This document shows positions 35,945-44,042 of a stretch of 64,000 nucleotides of DNA, piece by piece. The notes beneath the pieces are model-generated. The model had not been told where the DNA came from. It did not search any database and saw nothing but the letters and a program-made list of their open reading frames with translations. The stretch comes from an uncultured Candidatus Saccharibacteria bacterium (GTDB lineage: Bacteria > Patescibacteriota > Minisyncoccia > Portnoybacterales > UBA2143): assembly GCA_964517275.1 (NCBI GenBank), contig CAZFBL010000001.1:14144-78143 (forward strand), given 5' to 3'. The position numbers were made by a program, and so were the translations under genes. Each line of letters starts with the position of its first letter. Within the stretch, counting starts at the first letter, position 1.

Positions 35945-37529
35945 CTTTAAAATTATCCTCTGTTTGTTAATCATCGGAGGGTTTTTTGTTTGGCCATTTT
36001 TTTGTTTTGGAGCAGCTAATGAGGTAGTTATTAATGAAATTGCCTGGATGGGAACAATTGAATCAACTAATGACGAATGGATTGAATTAAAAAACAATAC
36101 TGACCAAGAAATTGGTTTGACTGACTGGACTTTAAAAGCGGTTGATGGCAGTCCAGAGATATCCTTGACCGGCGTTATCCCCGCTCAAGGATATTTTTTA
36201 TTGGAAAGAACTGATGATAATTCTGTGTCTGAATTGGCGGCTGACCAGATTTATACAGGCGCCTTAGGCAATACAGGGGAAAGTTTAGAGCTAGGCGATG
36301 GAGAAAATAATCTAATTGATTCAATTGATTGCTCTGAAGGTTGGTTAGCTGGCGATAACGAAACCAAGCAAACCATGGAAAGAATAGATACTGACTGGCA
36401 AACTAGTTTGGGTATTGGCGGCACGCCAAAGACCCGAAACAGCAGCGGCCAAGGAGTCCCAGCCGAAGAACCGCCACTCGGAGGGTCAAGCCAAAAACCG
36501 GAAGCCGAGCGACAAATTCCGCCAACCACAGTTAATCAGCCGCCAGTCGCCCAAGCCGGTCCGGATCTGACCGCCTTAACCAACCGGGAAATATTTTTTG
36601 ACGCTTCCCAATCTTGCGACCCGAATAATGATTCTCTCAGCTATTTCTGGAACTTTGGTGACGGAGCAACCGCCACTGAAGCCAAGACCAGTCACGCCTA
36701 CTCTTATCCCGGCCAATATATAGTCAGCTTAATAGTCAATGATGGTGAATTTTCCGACTTCAATATTATAACTGTCAATATTTATAGCTCCTCGGTCATC
36801 ATTAGTGAATTTCTGCCTAATCCGGTTGGTTCGGACGAAGAAAGCGAATGGATTGAATTATTTAACCAAAGCAACCAGATAGCCAATCTGACTGACTGGC
36901 AATTAGATGACCAATTTGAAGGAAGCCATCCTTTTATTTTTCCGGCCAACAGCCTAATCAGCCCGAGACAATTTCTGCTTATCTTACGGCCAGTCAGTAA
37001 AATAGCTCTCGATAATGACTGCGACCAGGTTCGGTTTTTTTATCCGAATGGCTCCCTGGCCAGCGAAATCAGCTACCAAGGACAGACTGAAGAGGGCTCG
37101 GCTATTGCATTTGACGGTCGGGACTATTTTTGGACGAGGCAGCCAACTCCGGGAGCGGCCAACATTATCTCTGCGATCAGTTTAATAGATAAAAGCGAAA
37201 ATCTCTCGGCTAATAATCCTCAATCGATTATCCAAGGAAGCCAAGAACCACCAGAAATTTTAGTTCAAACTGATGCTGGTCGAAATCAGTCAACTTCAGC
37301 CCTTGATCAGCCAAGTCAAACCGAAGCCTCTCAATCGAACCAATCAATCAAGACAACAACTCATTCAACGGAAAAAAGCAAACTGGTATCTAAACAGGCA
37401 GCCGATTTAGGCCAATCAAGCAGGACAGCCGGACAAGCCAGCTTAATCTCGACCCTTTCCATTATTATCTCTGCTTCCCTGTTGGCCAGCTGGTTATTAA
37501 TTCGACTAAACATACTAAAAACTCATTGA
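35913..37529 (+). CDS. Surface protein with two lamin-tail domains (LTD) flanking a PKD-like domain, N-terminal signal peptide and C-terminal TM anchor
   Basis: VINEIAWMGTIESTNDEWIELKN and IISEFLPNPVGSDEESEWIELFN (LTD). FWNFGDGATATEAKTSHAYSYPGQYIVSLIVNDG (PKD). Overlaps the ruvB end by 32 nt. Confidence 0.7.
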   Translation: MKEGIKINCFSFKIILCLLIIGGFFVWPFFCFGAANEVVINEIAWMGTIESTNDEWIELKNNTDQEIGLTDWTLKAVDGSPEISLTGVIPAQGYFLLERTDDNSVSELAADQIYTGALGNTGESLELGDGENNLIDSIDCSEGWLAGDNETKQTMERIDTDWQTSLGIGGTPKTRNSSGQGVPAEEPPLGGSSQKPEAERQIPPTTVNQPPVAQAGPDLTALTNREIFFDASQSCDPNNDSLSYFWNFGDGATATEAKTSHAYSYPGQYIVSLIVNDGEFSDFNIITVNIYSSSVIISEFLPNPVGSDEESEWIELFNQSNQIANLTDWQLDDQFEGSHPFIFPANSLISPRQFLLILRPVSKIALDNDCDQVRFFYPNGSLASEISYQGQTEEGSAIAFDGRDYFWTRQPTPGAANIISAISLIDKSENLSANNPQSIIQGSQEPPEILVQTDAGRNQSTSALDQPSQTEASQSNQSIKTTTHSTEKSKLVSKQAADLGQSSRTAGQASLISTLSIIISASLLASWLLIRLNILKTH

Positions 37530-37564
37530 CACTCTTTCTGAATCAATAGTATGATTAAAGTAAT

Positions 37565-38104
37565 ATGAGCGGACATTCCCACTGGGCCGGCATTAAACAC
37601 AAAAAATCAATTACTGACGCTAGGCGGGGTAAACTTTTTAGCAAGATATCCCGCTTAATTATTATTGCCGCTAAAGAAAAAGGGGCCGATCCGGAGACCA
37701 ACCCCCAGTTAAGATTAGCTATTGAGAAAGCGAAAGAGGTTAATATGCCCAAGGATAACATCGATAAGGCGATTAAGAGAGGGACCGGACAGATAGCCGG
37801 CGTCCAGATAGAAGAATTTATCTATGAGGCCTACGGACCAGCCGGGATAGCTTTGATTATTACCGGCATTACCGATAATAAAAACAGAACGTTGGCTGAA
37901 ATTAAACATATCCTTAGCAGGTTTAAGGCGAAATTGGCCGAGGCCGGTAGCGTTAAGTATCTTTTCGATAAACAAGGCAAAGATTGGCAACCGAAATATC
38001 CTCTGGAAGTTAACCAGCAAACCAAAAACCAATTAGAGAATCTTTTCGAGACCCTGGATGAAAACGAAGATGTTCAAGATATCTACTCTAATTTAAAAGA
38101 TTAA
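37565..38104 (+). CDS. yebC: YebC/PmpR-family transcriptional regulator (short form)
   Basis: MSGHSHWAGIKHKKSITDARRGKLFSKISRLI...NMPKDNIDKAIKRGTG. Confidence 0.8.
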   Translation: MSGHSHWAGIKHKKSITDARRGKLFSKISRLIIIAAKEKGADPETNPQLRLAIEKAKEVNMPKDNIDKAIKRGTGQIAGVQIEEFIYEAYGPAGIALIITGITDNKNRTLAEIKHILSRFKAKLAEAGSVKYLFDKQGKDWQPKYPLEVNQQTKNQLENLFETLDENEDVQDIYSNLKD

Positions 38105-38108
38105 AAAT

Positions 38109-38579
38109 ATGACTATTATGGGCATTGATCCGGGAACGGCTATAACCGGCTATGGGGTTATTAAAAAGGTGCCGAACGAATTAACTACCATTGATTATAA
38201 TTGTATCCGGACTACTACCCATTACTCGACAGCTGAACGACTCGGTCAAATCGGACAGCAGCTAACCAGGCTCATAAAAAAATATAAGCCGGACCGAATT
38301 GCGGTCGAAGATATCTTTTTTTTCAAAAATCTGAAAACGGCTGTCAAGGTCAGCCAAGCCCGAGGAGTAATTTTAGCTCAAGCCGCTCAACTAAAACTGC
38401 CGGTCATCGAATACACTCCTCTTCAGGTCAAGCAGGCGGTTACTGGTTACGGACGAGCCGAAAAAAAACAGGTTCAGGAGATGGTCAAATTAATACTTAA
38501 CTTAAAGGAAATACCCAAGCCGGATGACGCGGCTGATGCCTTAGCTATCGCTATCTGTTGCGCTCATTCGCTTCGCTAA
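38109..38579 (+). CDS. ruvC: Holliday junction resolvase RuvC
   Basis: IMGIDPGTAITGYGVI. C-terminal acidic catalytic residue region DDAADALAIA. Confidence 0.85.
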   Translation: MTIMGIDPGTAITGYGVIKKVPNELTTIDYNCIRTTTHYSTAERLGQIGQQLTRLIKKYKPDRIAVEDIFFFKNLKTAVKVSQARGVILAQAAQLKLPVIEYTPLQVKQAVTGYGRAEKKQVQEMVKLILNLKEIPKPDDAADALAIAICCAHSLR

Positions 38580-38583
38580 ATTT

Positions 38584-39246
38584 ATGTTTTCTATCATAGA
38601 ATATATGGTCAACCAGGGTGTCCCCCAAGAGACGATCGTTCTCCTTTTAATGCTGCCTGTGGTCGCAACCATCATTGCTTTTGCCCGACAAGTCATCGGC
38701 ATTAGAGGCTTTGGCATCTATACACCTTTGATTATCTCATTGGCTTTCTTGGCCACTGGCTTAAAATACGGTCTGGTTCTTTTTGTGACTGTCTTGCTAG
38801 TCGGGACATTGACTCGCCTTCTGGTCAAACGGTCCCGCCTTCTTTATTTGCCCCGGATGGCCATTGTCTTAACCGCCGTCGCCCTGGGTATCTTTTTACT
38901 CCTCCTGGCTGGCGCTTACGCTGACCGCCGAGGTTTAATTGCCGTCTCTATTTTCGCCATTTTGATTATGGGCACCTTAGTTGAGAAATTCATCGCTGTC
39001 CAAATTGAACGCGGGGCTCGGGGAGCAATTATCTTGACTTCGGAAACTTTGATTCTTTCAATTATCTGTTATTGGGTAGCTAGCTGGTCTTGGCTGCAAA
39101 GCCAAGCTCTCGTTTACCCAATCTGGTTTATCTTAGGAGCGATTGTCATCAACATCCTTTTAGGTAGATGGACCGGTCTCCGACTGTCCGAATATTGGCG
39201 TTTCCGGGAAGTGATTAAACGGGTTGAACTGCCCGAGAAAAAATAA
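38584..39246 (+). CDS. Polytopic membrane protein (about 6-7 helices) leading the ATP-grasp cluster
   Basis: 220 aa, strongly hydrophobic. Starts 5 nt after the ruvC stop and is followed 9 nt later by the ATP-grasp gene. Confidence 0.55.
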   Translation: MFSIIEYMVNQGVPQETIVLLLMLPVVATIIAFARQVIGIRGFGIYTPLIISLAFLATGLKYGLVLFVTVLLVGTLTRLLVKRSRLLYLPRMAIVLTAVALGIFLLLLAGAYADRRGLIAVSIFAILIMGTLVEKFIAVQIERGARGAIILTSETLILSIICYWVASWSWLQSQALVYPIWFILGAIVINILLGRWTGLRLSEYWRFREVIKRVELPEKK

Positions 39247-39254
39247 GCTCGGTT

Positions 39255-40607
39255 ATGCTCGACTTCATTAAAAAATCCAGCTATCTACTCGGTCTCAATG
39301 CTCGAAACCTGACCTATTTAAGACCCTCTAATCCATTGAGGGCTATTCGTATTGCCAATAACAAACTTCTATCTAAAAAAATCTTAAGAAAAGCTGGTTT
39401 GCCTGTTTTAAAGAATCACTCAATTATCCATTATGCTAAAGAGCTTAAAGATTTTGATTGGGCCAGTCTGCCACCAAGCTTTGCTCTTAAACCCAACCGC
39501 GGACTCGGTGGTGAGGGTATTTTAGTTGTTTATGGCCGAAAGAAAAAATTTCCTTATTCTTGGATTAAAGCAGATAAAAGAGAAGTTTGCATCAAAGATT
39601 TACGTAATCACATCCTTAACATTCTGGAGGGTACTTTTTCTTTAACTAGTCTGCCTGATACAGCTTTCTTTGAAGAACGGATTAAACTATTGAAGCTTTT
39701 CAAACCATATGCTTACCGAGGCATTCCTGACATCAGGATTATTGTCTATAATTCAGTACCGATTATGGCTGAACTGCGTTTACCAACCAAGGAATCGGGC
39801 GGCAAAGCTAACCTCCATTTAGGCGGCATTGGTGTTGGTATTGACTTGGGTACTGGTGTAACTACAACGGCCATCCAGCGGGATCGTCTCATTGAATATT
39901 TCCCCAAAACTCGCGCCTTGCTACGCGGACTACCTATCCCTGAATGGAAAGAGATGCTTAAATTAGCTATACAGGCCCAAGAGGTTTCCAAGATTGGCTT
40001 TCTGGGCGTAGACATTGCCATTGACCGGGAAAAAGGACCGGTTATTTTAGAGCTTAATGCCCGATCGGGCCTTTCTATTCAAAACGCTAACCTAGCTTCT
40101 CTTAAGGACCGACTCCAACGAGTCAAAGGCCTCAAGATAAAAACCTTAATTAAAGGAGTAAAAATTGCCCAAGACCTGTTTGGCGGCGAAGTAGAAGAAG
40201 AATTAGAGGAAATTTCCGGCCGCAAGGTAATTGGGATTAACGAAGCCATTGAAATACTTGACGAACAAGGCAATAAGCATCTAACTATGGCCAAGATTGA
40301 CAGCGGTGCTTATCGAACCACTGTCTGTCGCAGCTTAGCTGAACAGTTAAAAATCAACCAACAGATTGGTTCCAAAAAGGTCAGAGGGGCTTTGGGTTTC
40401 GAGGAACGTCCCTTAATCAATCTTTTCTTTATTCTGGATAAGCGTTTGGTCACTACTGAGGCCTTTATAGCTGACCGCCAAGAAATGAAATACGACATTA
40501 TTGTTGGTCGTAAAGATTTGAAAAGATTCTTGGTTGACCCGGCTAAAAATATTTTTATGACCCCCCGGGTTTTAGAAAAAGCTAAAGAAAGACGAGGCAT
40601 AAAATGA
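39255..40607 (+). CDS. ATP-grasp ligase (RimK / alpha-L-glutamate-ligase-like) fused to a C-terminal retropepsin-like peptidase domain
   Basis: ATP-grasp motifs FALKPNRGLGGEGILVV and ILELNARSGLSIQN. C-terminal about 120 aa with HLTMAKIDSGAYRTTV (D-S-G-A) ... YDIIVGRKDLKRFLVDP, resembling the PF05618-type protease found beside rimK. Confidence 0.6.
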   Translation: MLDFIKKSSYLLGLNARNLTYLRPSNPLRAIRIANNKLLSKKILRKAGLPVLKNHSIIHYAKELKDFDWASLPPSFALKPNRGLGGEGILVVYGRKKKFPYSWIKADKREVCIKDLRNHILNILEGTFSLTSLPDTAFFEERIKLLKLFKPYAYRGIPDIRIIVYNSVPIMAELRLPTKESGGKANLHLGGIGVGIDLGTGVTTTAIQRDRLIEYFPKTRALLRGLPIPEWKEMLKLAIQAQEVSKIGFLGVDIAIDREKGPVILELNARSGLSIQNANLASLKDRLQRVKGLKIKTLIKGVKIAQDLFGGEVEEELEEISGRKVIGINEAIEILDEQGNKHLTMAKIDSGAYRTTVCRSLAEQLKINQQIGSKKVRGALGFEERPLINLFFILDKRLVTTEAFIADRQEMKYDIIVGRKDLKRFLVDPAKNIFMTPRVLEKAKERRGIK

Positions 40608-41554
40608 CAAAAAAGGATAAAAATACAGAAATTATTCTCGAAGAAGCAAAGAAACTCGGTCTGAAAGCAAAAATTATTTACCCGAAACGACAGCTCATCG
40701 AGCTAACCAAGGGCTCAGGGAAATTTTTAATTCAAGGAAATTTCAGAATTAATCTAAGCCGATTCGGCACAAAGAATATTCCTCTTTTTAAGGATCTATC
40801 CTATTTTTTCTGGCAAAAGAATAATATCCCTATTCCTAAAACAATCACCGCTTTTTCTTTTCAAGAGGCAAAAAGAAAAATGAAAAAGATTTCTTTTCCT
40901 TTAGTCATCAAAGACGCCCGAGCCAGCCAAAGTAGAAATCTCTGGGTGAATATTCCTGACTTAGCAAAGGCCTCCTCCGTTTTAAAAAAACTGTTCCTGG
41001 ATTATCTAATTGAAGCGGTTATTATTCAAGAATTCGTCCGAGGCGAAGAATTTCGAATTTTAACTCTCAAAAATAGAATCTTAGGCATAGCCCAGCTGAT
41101 TCCTCCTTTTTTAATCGGCAACGGTCAGGCAACTATAAAAAGTTTAATTAAGGAATTAGAAAGAAAAAGAAAGTGTCAGATCATTATTGACCAAGAAATT
41201 AAAGTTTTGATTAAAAAACAGGGATTCTCCTTAAACTCCATTTTGCCAATTAACCAAAAATTACTTTTAAGAGAATACTCAAAAATCAGCCAGGGCGGAC
41301 AGGTTAAAAATTTCTCATTGAATAACATCCATCCAGAAACAGAAAAATTGTGCCTGAAGGCAGTTAAAGTGACTGGTTTAGAATTAGCCGGGCTAGATAT
41401 TATAGCCGAAGATCTGACTAAATCACCAAAAGAACAAAAAATAAAATTTATAGAGATTAATGGTCGACCGGATATCTATATCCATCATTATCCCCATGAA
41501 GGAAAGCCGGTTAACGTAACTAGAGAAATATTAAAATATATCTTCAAGTTATGA
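40604..41554 (+). CDS. ATP-grasp ligase paralogue 2
   Basis: FPLVIKDARASQSRNLWV, EFVRGEEFRILT, GLELAGLDIIA, FIEINGRPDI. Start overlaps the upstream stop (ATGA). Confidence 0.6.
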   Translation: MTKKDKNTEIILEEAKKLGLKAKIIYPKRQLIELTKGSGKFLIQGNFRINLSRFGTKNIPLFKDLSYFFWQKNNIPIPKTITAFSFQEAKRKMKKISFPLVIKDARASQSRNLWVNIPDLAKASSVLKKLFLDYLIEAVIIQEFVRGEEFRILTLKNRILGIAQLIPPFLIGNGQATIKSLIKELERKRKCQIIIDQEIKVLIKKQGFSLNSILPINQKLLLREYSKISQGGQVKNFSLNNIHPETEKLCLKAVKVTGLELAGLDIIAEDLTKSPKEQKIKFIEINGRPDIYIHHYPHEGKPVNVTREILKYIFKL

Positions 41555-42411
41555 AAATACTCATTATCGGCTCCAGCCAATCCAAAGAGAGCCAACTATT
41601 AAAAGAAGAGGCCGAAAAAAGAAACCATTCGGCTGTCATCGTCCCCTTATCGAAGTTAACTTTCAGCGGCCAAGAAAAATTATCAATTACTACCCCGGCC
41701 GGCCAAGATATTAAAGATTTTGAGGCAACCTTATTTCGAGCCATCAGTCGGCACATTATTGAAGCTAAAATTATCGCTCAATATTTGGCTAGCCATCAAC
41801 GAGTAATCGTTGACCGGATTTTAGCCCAGGGAAATTACGAATACCATAAATTTTTTATGCATAGCCGTCTCTGGGCTAGCCGGATTCCTCAACCGACTAC
41901 TTTTTTTATTCTCAATCCGACCAGTTTAAAAGCGGCCGTTCGAAAAATAAAGCCGCCTTTTATCGTCAAACACATCAAAGAAATGCACGGCCGGAGTAAT
42001 TTCCGCTTTGATTCACAAGAAGAACTGGCTGCTTTCTTCAAGAAGAAAGAACGGTTAGGTCAGTATATAATACAGGAATGGCACCCGTCTAAATACTATT
42101 ATCGAACCCTGGTCTTAGGTAACAGGGTTTTGGGAGCGATGAAGAGATTATCACTTCACTGTCAAGACCGCCCTAAAATTCCTCTAAGTCAGCGATCAAA
42201 AAAAGCCAGCCTATCAGCTGACCTGGAAAAAATTTCTTTAGCTGCGACTAAAGCCATGGAGATTGAATTAGCTGGCCTGGATATTATGCCCGACCGCCAA
42301 GGCCAATTAAAGGTTTTAGAAATTAATCGCTCCCCCCAATTCAAACGCTTCAGCCAAGTGACCGGAATCAGTGTAGCTGAAGAGATAATTAAACACATTG
42401 AGAAAAAATAA
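41551..42411 (+). CDS. RimK-like ATP-grasp ligase paralogue 3
   Basis: PFIVKHIKEMHGRSNFRF, IELAGLDIM, LKVLEINRSPQFKRFSQVTGISVAEEII (RimK C-terminal pattern). Start overlaps the upstream stop. Confidence 0.65.
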   Translation: MKILIIGSSQSKESQLLKEEAEKRNHSAVIVPLSKLTFSGQEKLSITTPAGQDIKDFEATLFRAISRHIIEAKIIAQYLASHQRVIVDRILAQGNYEYHKFFMHSRLWASRIPQPTTFFILNPTSLKAAVRKIKPPFIVKHIKEMHGRSNFRFDSQEELAAFFKKKERLGQYIIQEWHPSKYYYRTLVLGNRVLGAMKRLSLHCQDRPKIPLSQRSKKASLSADLEKISLAATKAMEIELAGLDIMPDRQGQLKVLEINRSPQFKRFSQVTGISVAEEIIKHIEKK

Positions 42412-42433
42412 CTGTATCCATAATTTAAAATAA

Positions 42434-42473
42434 AAAACCCCACTCGGCTGCTAAAGCGACCTGGTGGGGTTTT
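42434..42473. terminator. Bidirectional intrinsic terminator (AAAACCCCAC...GTGGGGTTTT)
   Basis: GC-rich stem with an A-run and a T-run. Lies between the convergent ATP-grasp operon and the small Zn-ribbon gene. Confidence 0.65.
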
Positions 42474-42495
42474 GAAAATTCAGGCAGCCGTACTA

Positions 42496-42708
42496 TTACG
42501 GCGACCTCTTCCGTCTAAGAGGGATAACCTTTCTCGGCTTGGTGCCGGTGCGGTCAGACAGAACACAGTAGGTTTTACCCCACTCGTGTCCATGGTCACA
42601 AATGCCTCCTTCATCAAACCATCCTCCGCAAATAACACATCTGTTACCGAATCCTTTATTTAAAACCTTTCGCCCACCGCTGACGGGTTCTGTGCTAACC
42701 TGTAACAT
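42496..42708 (-). CDS. Small Cys/His-rich (zinc-ribbon-like) protein, 70 aa
   Basis: Perfect SD GGGGAGGAATAAAATG. CVICGG...CDHGHEW. Basic C-terminus RKVIPLRRKRSP. Confidence 0.55.
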   Translation of the reverse strand: MLQVSTEPVSGGRKVLNKGFGNRCVICGGWFDEGGICDHGHEWGKTYCVLSDRTGTKPRKVIPLRRKRSP

Positions 42709-42752
42709 TTTATTCCTCCCCAGTTAAAGGACAAAATAAATTAAGACTAAAA

Positions 42753-43961
42753 TTAATCTCCTATTTTAACTTTAACAAACTTTCTTTTGCCGACTTGAAT
42801 GATCAGGCCGTCTTTGACGACTATTTCCTTTTGCCAGTTTTTGACCACTTGATTGTCTATTTTAACCCCGCCCTGAACAATCAACCGCTTGGCTTCGCTC
42901 TTACTGGGAGCCAATTTTATTTGAACAAGCAAATCTAAAAGAGAATATTTTTTAGTCGTTAATTTTACAATCGGCATTTTCGATGGCTTTTCCTTTTTTT
43001 TAAAAACCCTGTTGAATTCTTTTTCCGCTTCGGCAGCTGCTTTTTGGCTGTGATGAACAGCCACAATCTCCAGGGCTAAACGGGCTTTGGCATCGCGCGG
43101 GTTCATTTTCCCCTGTTTAATCTGTTCTTCAATCCGATTAACTTCGGTCATCGGTATGTCCGTGCAAAGCTCCAAACCGAGTCCGATAACTTCGTCGGAC
43201 CAGGCCATAATCTGACCAAACATTTCATTGGCTGGCGTGTCTAAATTAATCATTTTGCCCTCGGTCTTGCCCATTTTTTGACCGGAAGAATCAACTAATA
43301 ATTTGGTGGTTAAAACAAATTTCTCCTTATTCTTCATCTTTTTCATTAATGTCCGGCCAGCCAACATATTAAAGGTTTGGTCATTGCCGCCGACTTCCAA
43401 ATCAACATCCATGGCCAAGCTGTCATAAGCCTGCATTAAAGGATAAAGGAATTCATGTAAATACAAATCCTCGCCTGCCTCTATTCTTTTTTTAAACATA
43501 TCTCGGGCTAAGGTTTGTTGGGCCGTAAAATTGGAAGCTATTTCAATTAAATCAATAAAGGAAAGTTTATCATTCCATTGGCTGTTATGCATTACCTTAG
43601 CCGGGTTATTGCCCGAAAAATCTAAAATCCGGCCGGCCTGGTCTTTGTACTTTTCCGAATTTTTCAAAACCTGCTTTCTGGTTAGTTTTTTTCTGGCCTT
43701 AGCCTTATCGGTCGGGTCGCCAATCATACCGGTGAAATCGCCGATTAGAAAAATAACTTCGTGACCCAAGGCCTGAAATTGGGCCAACTTCCTAATTTGG
43801 ATAGCGTTACCGATATGAAGCGAAGAAGCAGTTGGGTCAAAACCGCAATAAAGCCGGATTTTTTGACCGGATTTTAGTTTTTTCTCCAAGGCTTGGCGAT
43901 TGGGATAAATATTCTCAACTCCCCGCGTCAAGACCTCTTTTATTTTATCTTCTTGGTTCAT
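42753..43961 (-). CDS. tyrS: Tyrosyl-tRNA synthetase with C-terminal S4 domain
   Basis: GFDPTASSLHIGNAIQ (HIGH variant HIGN). KMGKT. S4-like SKSEAKRLIVQGGVKIDN. Confidence 0.9.
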   Translation of the reverse strand: MNQEDKIKEVLTRGVENIYPNRQALEKKLKSGQKIRLYCGFDPTASSLHIGNAIQIRKLAQFQALGHEVIFLIGDFTGMIGDPTDKAKARKKLTRKQVLKNSEKYKDQAGRILDFSGNNPAKVMHNSQWNDKLSFIDLIEIASNFTAQQTLARDMFKKRIEAGEDLYLHEFLYPLMQAYDSLAMDVDLEVGGNDQTFNMLAGRTLMKKMKNKEKFVLTTKLLVDSSGQKMGKTEGKMINLDTPANEMFGQIMAWSDEVIGLGLELCTDIPMTEVNRIEEQIKQGKMNPRDAKARLALEIVAVHHSQKAAAEAEKEFNRVFKKKEKPSKMPIVKLTTKKYSLLDLLVQIKLAPSKSEAKRLIVQGGVKIDNQVVKNWQKEIVVKDGLIIQVGKRKFVKVKIGD

Positions 43962-44042
43962 AAATCCAACGACCAGATTAAACTCTATAAATTCATGATA
44001 TCACCCTTGATTAAAGTGGTCAATTCTGCCAGAATAAAAGAA

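Noticed and set aside
43893-44042. N-terminal 50-aa extension of the PBP ORF overlapping the tyrS start
   Set aside because: It overlaps tyrS coding sequence on the opposite strand. The signal anchor begins at the internal Met (44043).
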